Notes: generated from the sequence alone by a model not told the origin. Counted from the first letter of the stretch, positions 10,637 through 19,934 are shown. The stretch is DNA of 64,000 nt from an uncultured Gammaproteobacteria bacterium (GCA_964609155.1 CAZSRF010000002.1:352-64351); one strand, 5' to 3'. Made by a program: numbers and translations.

Positions 10637-11801
10637 AATTGAGCTTAAAGTCAATAATAAACAAGCAAATTATTTTGCTAAAGCTTGTGGTGTAGCGAGA
10701 TTTGCCTATAACTGGGCGTTAGATGAATGGCAAAAGCAGTACAAAGCTGGTCAAAAACCTAATGAGATTAATCTGCGGAAATATCTAAATTCTATAAAAA
10801 ACGAACAATTTCCATGGATGTTAGAAGTCACCAAAGTAGCCCCGCAGCAGGCAATCAAGAATTTAGGCACAGCATTTCAAAGATTTTTTAATCATCAGGG
10901 CAAGTACCCAAAATTTAAGAAAAAGGGAATTCACGATTCTTTTCGAGCTGACAATGGCCCAGCTAAGGTTGGGGCGGATGCTGTACAGATTCTTGATAAA
11001 AAGATTAATTTACCAAGAATTGGTTGGGTAAGATTAAAAGAAAGATTGCGATTTACTGGTCAAATAAAATCAGTGGTAATTTCAAGACGCGCAAACCGCT
11101 GGTATGCGGCAATAAGTGTAGATATCACAGAGCTAAACCAAGTGCACAAAAACCAAGGCATTGTTGGTGTAGATTTAGGTATTAAGACACTGGCCACATT
11201 ATCAACAGGTGAGCCAATAGTGGGGCCACGGGCGCACAAACAGTTGTTAACAAGAGTGAGAAAATATTCTAAAAAGTTATCCAGATGTAGAAAAGGCAGC
11301 AAGAATTATAAAAAAGCGAGACTCAAACTTAGTAAAACTCATGCCAAGATACGAGATATTAGAATAGATAATCTACATAAATTAACTACTGATTTAGCAC
11401 TGAAGTTCAATACAATAGGCATAGAAGATTTAAATATAAGCGGCATGGTTAGAAATAAGAAACTAGCTAGGCATATTATGGATGGGTCATTCTATGAATT
11501 TCGACGTCAGCTTGAGTATAAAGCTAAATGGTATGGTTCAACAGTAGTGGTTGTCGGTAGATTTTATCCATCGAGTAAGCTGTGCCATTGTTGTAATACT
11601 ATAAATCAAGAGCTGACACTTAGCGATAGGCAGTGGCAATGCAATAATTGTAATAAGCTACATGATAGAGATATCAATGCAGCTATAAATATCGCCAACT
11701 ATGCAAGGCATGCCAATATGATTGTTAGTACACAGAGCTCCTGTGGAATTTACGCTTGCGGAGAGAAAAGCGCTGGCGCAGCAGTTAACACTGCTGCGTG
11801 A
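10620..11801 (+). CDS. tnpB: TnpB (OrfB) RuvC-like RNA-guided endonuclease with C-terminal zinc finger
   Basis: N-terminus MLLVHKIELKVNNKQANYF is typical of TnpB. It has a RuvC-like split domain and a CxxC...CxxC zinc finger (CHCCN...CNNCNKLHDRDINAAINIA). It overlaps tnpA by 17 nt. Confidence 0.85.
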   Translation: MLLVHKIELKVNNKQANYFAKACGVARFAYNWALDEWQKQYKAGQKPNEINLRKYLNSIKNEQFPWMLEVTKVAPQQAIKNLGTAFQRFFNHQGKYPKFKKKGIHDSFRADNGPAKVGADAVQILDKKINLPRIGWVRLKERLRFTGQIKSVVISRRANRWYAAISVDITELNQVHKNQGIVGVDLGIKTLATLSTGEPIVGPRAHKQLLTRVRKYSKKLSRCRKGSKNYKKARLKLSKTHAKIRDIRIDNLHKLTTDLALKFNTIGIEDLNISGMVRNKKLARHIMDGSFYEFRRQLEYKAKWYGSTVVVVGRFYPSSKLCHCCNTINQELTLSDRQWQCNNCNKLHDRDINAAINIANYARHANMIVSTQSSCGIYACGEKSAGAAVNTAA

Positions 11802-12075
11802 AACTATGTCTCGTTGAAACAAGAATTTAACACTAAATTTGATCACTCTGAACAAGTATGATAAGGTTTAGATAAGTTTGAAAGAGCGGTTATGAGTCCT
11901 TTCTTCGCATTTGAGCGATAAGTACTGACTGAATATTTGCCTGTTGATAATCTAACATCTTGTTTTGTTATCAATCTATATGTTATGTTGATTAATAAAT
12001 ATATTTTTAGTATTTACTATTTTAATCGATTACTGTAAACTACAAAATATAACATGCAGCTATTCAACTAGGTAT

Positions 12076-12930
12076 ATGAGTATATTATCTGAGCATTTTT
12101 CTTTTATAAAACATCTTTGTAATCCAGATAAAAGTTTAGAGCAGGCAGCTTCTGACTTTCAAAATTTTATCATAAAGCATATATATGACGAGAATGAGCC
12201 ATACTCTCTGGATGAGTGTTACTTTTGTATTATAGATATTTTTATTGCAGAGCTATACAGTGAAATAATCCAGTCATTACAACCGTTATCTAAAGAAGAT
12301 CAAAAAAAATTTATAGAAGAATTAAGAGATAGACGTTTAAAAATTGCAGCCCCTGATAAAGAAGTTAGACTTATCTCGAGTATTGCTATACTAAAGTTGT
12401 ATTTCCATGATCATCTTGAAAAGAAACAATACATTGAGAATGTGCAAAAACAAATAGATATTTATATCGAAAATTTTGTAAAAAATGAAACTAAACGATA
12501 TTGTGCACTTTTTAGCACATCTGATTATATTTTTACTGAAGATACTCAAAGGGATCTAGAGCTTGAGATAAGCATGGGGCTTGAACTTGAGAGGTATAGA
12601 GATATATGGGTATTATTATCAGAACGTCGAAGATTTATTTTAATTGAGAATTGGCGGTATTTAATTCAAGAAAGAATACTTGGACATATTGATGCTATTT
12701 CAGCAGGTGATACTCTAAAATTAGAACCCTTAATTGCTACCATGGGCTCTTGTTTTACGGGCAGAAAAAAAATAGAATCAGTTAGCACTTGTGAGAGCGC
12801 TGTTGTTTCTGCAGCAAGAGCATTAGCTATATGTAGAGCAAGGAAGACCAGCAGTTTGTGCGGGCAATTGCCAATGGTGACACAAACAATGATATCAACT
12901 TCAACACAAAGATATTTCAAAATAAGTTAA
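12076..12930 (+). CDS. hypothetical protein with a Cys-rich C-terminus; no recognisable family
   Basis: 284-aa ORF. It is convergent with the HTTM gene, with only 3 bp between the stop codons. Confidence 0.45.
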   Translation: MSILSEHFSFIKHLCNPDKSLEQAASDFQNFIIKHIYDENEPYSLDECYFCIIDIFIAELYSEIIQSLQPLSKEDQKKFIEELRDRRLKIAAPDKEVRLISSIAILKLYFHDHLEKKQYIENVQKQIDIYIENFVKNETKRYCALFSTSDYIFTEDTQRDLELEISMGLELERYRDIWVLLSERRRFILIENWRYLIQERILGHIDAISAGDTLKLEPLIATMGSCFTGRKKIESVSTCESAVVSAARALAICRARKTSSLCGQLPMVTQTMISTSTQRYFKIS

Positions 12931-12933
12931 TGC

Positions 12934-14592
12934 TCATGTTCGCTCGTTAGGGCAGTATTGTATATAATACCAACCGTTAACTTGCCCATAGGGAGTGCCT
13001 TTTGTGGAGTCTTGATTGTAAAGTTGTGGGTACCAGTTATATAATATTTTTATTCTCTTTAGTGGTGGAGTATCGTTCTTTCGGTTTTCTCTTTTGCATA
13101 ATGCCCGAATTAGACAGTTTTCTTTGAAGTAATTATAATTTTTATTTGGGATATTGTAAGAAATAAAATATTTCCACCACCAATTATTTTTAATGGCATA
13201 AAAGTATTCTCGTATGTCTGTGGTTACGACAGGCCTGTAGCCATCAATTGGCCATAATGGCCTTTCATTGCCTGATTCATCTATACCGTAAAATCTTAGC
13301 ATGTGACTAATTGTAGCTGTACGGTTAAAAAACCCCCAGTATTGATCTAGGCCAAAAACTTCTGAATATTCATGAATAATAGGTAATTTGTATTTATATT
13401 TTTCATTATAAGTAACATAATTTATAGCAACTACTACGGCTAAAGATATAGATATAAAAATCTTTGATATTAAAGATAAATGTAATTCAATTTTAATTAA
13501 TTTATTATTAATAAGTTTATTATTGATAAGTTTGTTTTTTAGATTAGTATAGTTATTAAGTTTATTAATATTATATCTAAAATAATTTTTCTGGATATTT
13601 TTCTGGATATTGTCCCAGAATTCTTCAGGTAAGATGATAATTATTGCTACAACACTAATCAATAAAAAAGGGCCAATATATAAAAATGTCCTAAATAACA
13701 GATGTAATCCCAGTAGAACTATAAACCAAAATACTCTTAGATTGTCTCTGATTTTTTTGATAGGAAAAAATAGTACTAAAGGGGTTAAGATCTCTATAAA
13801 TAGTACAGATATAGTTACTAACTGCAATAGTTTGTTTGAAAAAATATCATGAATCAAAAAACCAAAAGGTGTTAAGTAAAGATAATTATGGATAATGTAA
13901 TTCAGTGCTGTATGGTGTACCCACCATTTGTCATCTATATCTTTAAGTAGTGCGCTTAATAAATATAGTAATGCAATCTGTATTAAAATTGCAAAAGTAG
14001 CTACTGAAAAATATTTATTTTTAAAAATTTGTTGATTACTAAGGCTATCAAAAGATAATTTGGCATTTAATGGTAAAAAAAATCCCCAAAATAATAATAA
14101 TCTTAAATAAAGATCGAATCCTGACATAATATAAAGATTGCGATTCTGTAAAGATAGCAGCAAAAACCAACTAATAAAACAATTGAGCTTGGTTTTATAA
14201 CCAATCATAAGAAAAGTTGCTGAAATAAACTGAATAATAAATAAAATATAAAAATATATTTTATTTCCATTTAAGAGATAAACTGAATGTCGCCAGTTAA
14301 GTGGCCATGCAGAATAAAGTTGAATAAGTTCTACTCGGCTAAGCAAACCTTCATCAGTAAAAAACATGGTGATATCTTGGCTGAGATTAAATAAAAAAAA
14401 TAATAAAGTTAATCCTAAACCAATACGAAATAAAGCAAGAGCTCGTAAATCTATGCTAAAAGCATCTTTAATATAATTTTGAAAAATTAATATTATTTTA
14501 TATAAGGAATTTTTTTTATATATAACCAAAGGTACCTTCCAGATCTTAAAATAGGATATAATACTTTTGCAACCAGCTGATTTCTGAAACAA
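12934..14592 (-). CDS. HTTM-domain (vitamin K-dependent gamma-carboxylase-like) polytopic membrane protein; start uncertain
   Basis: N-terminal DLRALALFRIGLGL motif and a multi-helix membrane core typical of HTTM, followed by about 170 aa of soluble C-terminal domain. The annotated ATG overlaps the upstream DCC ORF by 100 nt. Confidence 0.65.
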   Translation of the reverse strand: MFQKSAGCKSIISYFKIWKVPLVIYKKNSLYKIILIFQNYIKDAFSIDLRALALFRIGLGLTLLFFLFNLSQDITMFFTDEGLLSRVELIQLYSAWPLNWRHSVYLLNGNKIYFYILFIIQFISATFLMIGYKTKLNCFISWFLLLSLQNRNLYIMSGFDLYLRLLLFWGFFLPLNAKLSFDSLSNQQIFKNKYFSVATFAILIQIALLYLLSALLKDIDDKWWVHHTALNYIIHNYLYLTPFGFLIHDIFSNKLLQLVTISVLFIEILTPLVLFFPIKKIRDNLRVFWFIVLLGLHLLFRTFLYIGPFLLISVVAIIIILPEEFWDNIQKNIQKNYFRYNINKLNNYTNLKNKLINNKLINNKLIKIELHLSLISKIFISISLAVVVAINYVTYNEKYKYKLPIIHEYSEVFGLDQYWGFFNRTATISHMLRFYGIDESGNERPLWPIDGYRPVVTTDIREYFYAIKNNWWWKYFISYNIPNKNYNYFKENCLIRALCKRENRKNDTPPLKRIKILYNWYPQLYNQDSTKGTPYGQVNGWYYIQYCPNERT

Positions 14593-14897
14593 ATATATAT
14601 TATTTTATTGAAAAAATTGTTTTTTTCAATCAGTTGGGAAAGTTTATGAATACATTTATCGCCATAGAAGATCTGTTCTTTGTAGATTAAAACCATCCCT
14701 TTGTTCAAGTCATAATCATTACTATAAAGGGCATTGGTTAATTGATTATCTATACGAGCATTGTGTAATATTAATAAGGGCATGGCATGTTTTAACTGCA
14801 TTAATTCAACAAATTTATCGCAAAAAGGGCATTCGCCATCATAGATCAAATGATTGTTATACTTTTTGATAACGTCTGTTATGGTTAGACAATCCAT
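14493..14897 (-). CDS. DCC-family thiol-disulfide oxidoreductase (DUF393)
   Basis: 134 aa with a CPFC redox motif near the N-terminus (YDGECPFCDKFV). It sits immediately upstream of an HTTM gene, a known pairing. Confidence 0.7.
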   Translation of the reverse strand: MDCLTITDVIKKYNNHLIYDGECPFCDKFVELMQLKHAMPLLILHNARIDNQLTNALYSNDYDLNKGMVLIYKEQIFYGDKCIHKLSQLIEKNNFFNKIIYICFRNQLVAKVLYPILRSGRYLWLYIKKIPYIK

Positions 14898-14918
14898 ATT
14901 TATCTTTATGATTTATAA

Positions 14919-15758
14919 TTATGTTATTAATTTATTAATATTTTTATTAGAAATAATATGAGCAGTGATTTCTTCTATAGAATGTGTCGTTGTATATAAA
15001 AAAGAAACATTTTCTTTTTTAAAAAGTTCCTCAGCTAGTTTAACCTCTAATGTGCACTGTTTTAAATCAGCATAATTACTGTTTGGACGACGTTTTTGTC
15101 TAATGCTTTGTAGTCTCCTAGGGTCAATACTAAGTCCATAAATTTTATTTTTATATGGTTTTAAAAAGGCTGGAAGTTCGTGTTTCTCTAAATCATCAAT
15201 CACCAAAGGGTAATTAGCTGCTTTAATACCATATTGGATGGCCATATAAAGACAAGTTGGAGTTTTGCCACATCGGGATACACCAATAATGATAATCTCT
15301 GCCTCATCATATTTTTTAGTAGCTAAGCCATCATCAGTGTTTAAAGAAAAATTGATAGCTTCCATTCGAGCATCATATTGAAACAGATTATCTAAGCTAT
15401 GTGTTTTACCCACTGTATGATCAGATTTATAACCAAGCTCTTTTTCTAATGGGCTAATATATTGTTCAAAAAAATCCAAAACTAAAGCATTTGATGTTTT
15501 AATAGCTTCTCTGATAGCACTTGAAACCAAAGTGCTTATAATAATAGGACGGAAGCCACTTTGCAGAGATTCTTTGTTGATGGATTCTGCGACTTTTTTT
15601 GCTTTTTCTACTGTATTAATATAAGGAATTTTTTGAGGGGTGTATTGTAACTTGCTGAACTGAGTAAGTAAGCTTTGACCAAGAGTCTCCACTGTAATTC
15701 CAGTTCCATCTGAAATAAAGTAAATTTGCCTTTTTTTTATATGCTGCACAATTGTCAT
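14919..15758 (-). CDS. ppsR: PEP synthetase regulatory protein (bifunctional kinase/pyrophosphorylase, DUF299)
   Basis: P-loop GVSRCGKTPTCLYMA. It is divergent from ppsA, the conserved arrangement. Confidence 0.85.
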   Translation of the reverse strand: MTIVQHIKKRQIYFISDGTGITVETLGQSLLTQFSKLQYTPQKIPYINTVEKAKKVAESINKESLQSGFRPIIISTLVSSAIREAIKTSNALVLDFFEQYISPLEKELGYKSDHTVGKTHSLDNLFQYDARMEAINFSLNTDDGLATKKYDEAEIIIIGVSRCGKTPTCLYMAIQYGIKAANYPLVIDDLEKHELPAFLKPYKNKIYGLSIDPRRLQSIRQKRRPNSNYADLKQCTLEVKLAEELFKKENVSFLYTTTHSIEEITAHIISNKNINKLIT

Positions 15759-15883
15759 TATTTATAGTTTATTGTGTATGTTTATAATATATTACAGAGT
15801 TTAAGATTAAAATGTCTTTGAATTAATGATACAATTTTCAGTTATTAAATGATAGATTAAACACAAATAGATAAGGTACAGAT
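15759..15883. promoter_or_regulatory. divergent ppsR/ppsA promoter region
   Basis: 125-bp AT-rich intergenic spacer between divergently transcribed genes. Individual promoter boxes were not assigned. Confidence 0.4.
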
Positions 15884-18256
15884 ATGACAGCAGCATTTGT
15901 CAAATGGTTTAGTCAGCTTGGGATGAAAGATTTACCATCTGTGGGTGGTAAAAACGCTTCTTTAGGAGAAATGATTGGTAGCTTAACTAATCTTGGAGTA
16001 AAAGTTCCTAACGGTTTTGCGACTACAGCAGAAGCCTATCGAGAATTTTTAGTTCAAAATAATTTAGCTAATAGAATAAATAGTAAACTATCTGATTTAG
16101 ATATCAATAATGTCTCGAAATTAGCGCAAGTAGGTGCTGAAATCAGGCAAGATATATTAGATACACCATTAATGCCTAGACTTGAGGCTGAAATTAGAGA
16201 GTACTATCAAACTCTTGTTGGTAATCTTCAATCTTCGGTAGCAATACGATCTTCTGCAACTGCAGAAGATCTACCTGATGCATCTTTTGCTGGTCAACAA
16301 GAAACATATTTGAATATCTTAGGCATAGATAATGTTTTATTAGCCATTAAGCAAGTTTTTGCTAGTTTATTTAACGACCGTGCAATAGCTTATCGAGTAC
16401 ATAAAGGGTTTTCTCATTCTGAGGTTGCATTATCTGCCGGTATTCAGCAGATGGTTAGAAGTGATCTTGGTGCAAGTGGAGTAATGTTTACTTTAGATAC
16501 GGAAACAGGCTTTGAAGACGTTGTATTTATTACATCATCCTATGGACTGGGAGAAGCTGTTGTACAGGGTATAGTTAATCCTGATGAGTTTTATGTTTAC
16601 AAAGATTCTGTACGACATAATAAAGAGGCAGTTATTAATCGTCGTTTGGGAAGTAAATCAGTTGCTATGATTTATACAAGTGATCACCGAGCAGGATACT
16701 CAGTAGAAACTATAGAGGTTGCCTCAGATAAGAAAAATAAGTTTTCTATTTCAGATAATGACTTATTAATTTTAGCTAAACATGCAATGACTATTGAACA
16801 GCATTATGGCTGTCATATGGACATTGAATGGGCTAAAGATGGGTTGAGTGGTGAGATATTTATTCTTCAAGCAAGACCTGAGACGGTTAATAGCCAGATA
16901 AAGAATAAAATTATTACTAAATTTGAATTTACTGATAAATTATATAATACACTGCCTTTGGTTAGTGGTCGTGCTATTGGGCAAAAAATTGGTATTGGTA
17001 AAGTTAAAATTCTCAATACACATAAAGAAATGCAAGATTTTTCTCAGGGTGATGTATTGGTAGCCGATATGACAGATCCTGATTGGGAACCAATCATGGC
17101 AAAAGCTAGTGCTATAGTTACTAATCGAGGTGGTAGAACATGTCATGCTGCGATTATTGCCCGAGAGTTAGGTATCCCTGCCGTTGTGGGTTGCGGTGAT
17201 GCTACAGATAAATTACAAAGTGGCAATTTAATTACTGTGTCTTGTTGTGAAGGAGAAACTGGCTATATTTATAGCGGCCATAGAGACTTTAATGTTGATG
17301 CTATAAATGTTGATAATATGCCAGAAATTCCGTGTAAAATTATGATGAATATTGGTAATCCAGAAAAAGCATTTACTTTTCAAAATTTACCGAATGCAGG
17401 TGTTGGCTTAGCAAGATTAGAATTTATTATCAGTCATATGATAGGAGTGCATCCAAGAGCGTTGTTAGATTTTGATGTCTTAGATAGAGAATTAAAGCAA
17501 GAAGTTTCCGATAAGATTAGTGGCTATAAATCTCCGGTGGATTTTTATATTAATAAATTAGCGGAAGGAATCGCCATGCTTGCAGTGGCCTTTAAAAATA
17601 AACCAGTTATAGTGCGATTGTCTGATTTTAAATCTAACGAATATGCTAATTTATGCGGAGGAGTTAACTACGAACCACGCGAAGAAAACCCTATGATTGG
17701 CTATAGAGGTGCTGCTAGGTATATTGATAAAAATTTTAAATATTGCTTTGAACTGGAATGTTTGGCAATTAAAAAAGTTCGTCAAGATATGGGGTTAAAA
17801 AATATTCAGATCATGATCCCATTTGTTAGAACATTAGAGCAAGCAAAAAAAGTTATTGCTACTTTAGAGGATTTTGGATTATCTCGAAATAAGGATGACT
17901 TAAAAATAATTATGATGTGTGAAGTACCATCTAATGTTATTCTTGCGGAAGAGTTCTTAGAATATTTTGATGGTTTTTCTATCGGTTCTAATGATCTCAC
18001 TCAGTTAACTTTAGGTATAGATCGAGATTCCGGAATTGTTGCGGATAGTTTTGATGAACGTGATCCTGCAGTAATGAAATTATTAGAGCAGGTAATAAAA
18101 ATATGTAAACAAAAAAGTAAATACATAGGAATATGCGGCCAAGGACCTTCAGATCATCCAGATTTTGCAAGTTGGCTTCTTGCTCAGGGGATTGATTCTT
18201 TATCTCTTAATCCTGATACTGTATTACAAACATGGTTATATTTAGCTAAGTCTTGA
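15884..18256 (+). CDS. ppsA: phosphoenolpyruvate synthase
   Basis: 790 aa. PEP-utilising enzyme motifs, including the phosphohistidine region GGRTCHAAIIARELGIPAVVG. Confidence 0.92.
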   Translation: MTAAFVKWFSQLGMKDLPSVGGKNASLGEMIGSLTNLGVKVPNGFATTAEAYREFLVQNNLANRINSKLSDLDINNVSKLAQVGAEIRQDILDTPLMPRLEAEIREYYQTLVGNLQSSVAIRSSATAEDLPDASFAGQQETYLNILGIDNVLLAIKQVFASLFNDRAIAYRVHKGFSHSEVALSAGIQQMVRSDLGASGVMFTLDTETGFEDVVFITSSYGLGEAVVQGIVNPDEFYVYKDSVRHNKEAVINRRLGSKSVAMIYTSDHRAGYSVETIEVASDKKNKFSISDNDLLILAKHAMTIEQHYGCHMDIEWAKDGLSGEIFILQARPETVNSQIKNKIITKFEFTDKLYNTLPLVSGRAIGQKIGIGKVKILNTHKEMQDFSQGDVLVADMTDPDWEPIMAKASAIVTNRGGRTCHAAIIARELGIPAVVGCGDATDKLQSGNLITVSCCEGETGYIYSGHRDFNVDAINVDNMPEIPCKIMMNIGNPEKAFTFQNLPNAGVGLARLEFIISHMIGVHPRALLDFDVLDRELKQEVSDKISGYKSPVDFYINKLAEGIAMLAVAFKNKPVIVRLSDFKSNEYANLCGGVNYEPREENPMIGYRGAARYIDKNFKYCFELECLAIKKVRQDMGLKNIQIMIPFVRTLEQAKKVIATLEDFGLSRNKDDLKIIMMCEVPSNVILAEEFLEYFDGFSIGSNDLTQLTLGIDRDSGIVADSFDERDPAVMKLLEQVIKICKQKSKYIGICGQGPSDHPDFASWLLAQGIDSLSLNPDTVLQTWLYLAKS

Positions 18257-18278
18257 TCAGGAGTTAAGCAGAGATTCT

Positions 18279-18603
18279 GTCATACCGCAGGGCTGTCCAG
18301 CGAATAGTTGTAAACTTAAATATAATTACCGGGGATAGCGTCATCCTACAATTTTTCTGTTCGAAATATTGAAAAGAAGTAATAACTTTCACAGAAAAAT
18401 TTTAGGATCCAGAGGCGATCTTGCTTATTGGTGCCAATAAGGTAGATTTTTCCTGGATCCTTGAATTTTTTTGCGAATTTTTAGTGTTCTTTTCAAGCTC
18501 TCGAGCAAAAAAATCCAAGGATGACGTCGTTGAGGGTATGTTATTTAATCTTCCAACTATTCATCGGACAGCCCTGTGTCATACCGGCCGAGGAGCCGGT
18601 GTC
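18279..18603. repeat. About 325-bp MITE-like element with roughly 28-bp terminal inverted repeats
   Basis: Left end GTCATACCGCAGGGCTGTCCAGCGAATA. Right end TATTCATCGGACAGCCCTGTGTCATACC, which is its reverse complement with a few mismatches. It contains an internal inverted repeat GGATCC...TTATTGGTGCCAATAA...GGATCC at 18405-18460 and the hairpin module CCGGCCGAGGAGCCGG at 18585-18600. Confidence 0.6.
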
Positions 18604-18617
18604 TTGTGGTATAAATC

Positions 18618-19934
18618 TTAACCATCCCAAACTTGGTTAGTAGCAATAAACAATGCAGCTCCAATCGTCCAGTCTATATCGTGCTTAGGAATTAAAAAGT
18701 TATGGTAATCATCTGGCATGTTATAACCATTATTTAATAGTATTTTTAAATAAGTAGCGTCAAAACAAGCCTCATTAAGTTCTGCTTTGCTAATATTGGG
18801 GAATTTACTTTTAAATGCTTCATGGTTTGCATGGCAACTATCAGGAATATTTTTAATTAGATCGACAGGAAGCTTAGAATTAAAAAAATTAAAATTATAA
18901 TAATATCCAGAAGCAGCAACAAATTTCATATTGCTTTTTAATGCGGACTTGATAGCTTTAGCAATTGTTAGGTGTTCTTTTTTATTTTGCAAATAAATTT
19001 TAATAAGATCGCCGCATCTAAAATAATTAAAATTATTTGTTTTATTTATCTCATGGGGTGTGTTGACACCTGTTTCTGGGATGCTGCATTCTTTGTTGGC
19101 TTGTTTAGAATCATAAGTAGCAATATTCTTTTTAGTTTGTACTAACCCATAACCTAAAATACTATTGCTATAAATAGTGTATTCTGAGCTATCAAATTTT
19201 AGTTTAAATAAATTTTTTTTAAGATCCGAGTTTTTTTTATTCTTCTTTTCATTATATTCCATAGCAACTTGAGTAGAGGCTCCACCCATATCTAGAGCAG
19301 CTATGGTAGGTTTATTAAGTTGAATGGTTTGAAGTTTATAATTAATACTTAGCCAATCAAAAATTCCTTCCAATTCTCCTGGTATAGTCTTTGCTATTAT
19401 CATGTCAGGGTTATGGCCTGAATTAATAATAACCTGTTTGATTTTTTTATAAAGTTCGTATTGTTGTTTGGCGTGATGTAATCGCATGCCGGCAGTGGCG
19501 TAAAAATATATTGGTATCTCTTTTATTTCAATATGTAGGTTTTTTAATTGACCATCTAACTTTTTATATAGAGGTAAAATATGCTCGGAAATATTTTGAT
19601 TTTGATGGTCGTGACAGTAATCAGCGATTGCATGTTTATCATTGCTTTTAGCTATGGCAATTTCAGTAAGCTTTGGAATGGCGTTAGGAGACTCTTTATT
19701 TTTATCTCTTTGCACATGATAGGCATGCATCCTTGAGCCAGTGCTTCCTAGATCAACGATAATAATATTTTTATGTGGATTTTTCTTGATAGATAAATCA
19801 TCAGGAGATACACAGTAATTAGGTTGACTTTCTTTTGGTTTGGAAAGATAGTCTTTTAAATTAAACCCGGCGAGCAGTGTTTCCGCACCAAGAGAAGAAA
19901 GCAATAAAAACAGACAGATACAAATCTTTCGCAT
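18618..19934 (-). CDS. secreted ecto-NTPDase / apyrase (GDA1/CD39 family)
   Basis: Signal peptide, then apyrase conserved region 1 (IIIVDLGSTGSRMHAYH) and later ACR-like blocks (ALDMGGASTQVA). A eukaryote-type enzyme known in Legionella. Confidence 0.8.
   Translation of the reverse strand: MRKICICLFLLLSSLGAETLLAGFNLKDYLSKPKESQPNYCVSPDDLSIKKNPHKNIIIVDLGSTGSRMHAYHVQRDKNKESPNAIPKLTEIAIAKSNDKHAIADYCHDHQNQNISEHILPLYKKLDGQLKNLHIEIKEIPIYFYATAGMRLHHAKQQYELYKKIKQVIINSGHNPDMIIAKTIPGELEGIFDWLSINYKLQTIQLNKPTIAALDMGGASTQVAMEYNEKKNKKNSDLKKNLFKLKFDSSEYTIYSNSILGYGLVQTKKNIATYDSKQANKECSIPETGVNTPHEINKTNNFNYFRCGDLIKIYLQNKKEHLTIAKAIKSALKSNMKFVAASGYYYNFNFFNSKLPVDLIKNIPDSCHANHEAFKSKFPNISKAELNEACFDATYLKILLNNGYNMPDDYHNFLIPKHDIDWTIGAALFIATNQVWDG

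Larger units (their letters stand above)
9960..11900 (+). mobile_element. IS607-family insertion sequence (serine recombinase TnpA + TnpB). Boundaries are approximate because this family has no terminal inverted repeats.
   Basis: The two overlapping ORFs are organised as in IS607/IS1535 elements. The element is inserted between prpD and an unrelated convergent gene. Confidence 0.7.

Noticed and set aside
12666-12920. 84-aa antisense ORF inside the 12076-12930 gene; also 13610-13852 antisense to the HTTM gene
   Set aside because: Nested antisense frames with no independent support.
16940-17146. 68-aa and 64-aa (17806-18000) antisense ORFs inside ppsA
   Set aside because: Both lie within a highly conserved enzyme gene.
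18421-18621. 66-aa ORF downstream of ppsA
   Set aside because: It lies entirely within the 325-bp inverted-repeat element and is almost certainly non-coding.
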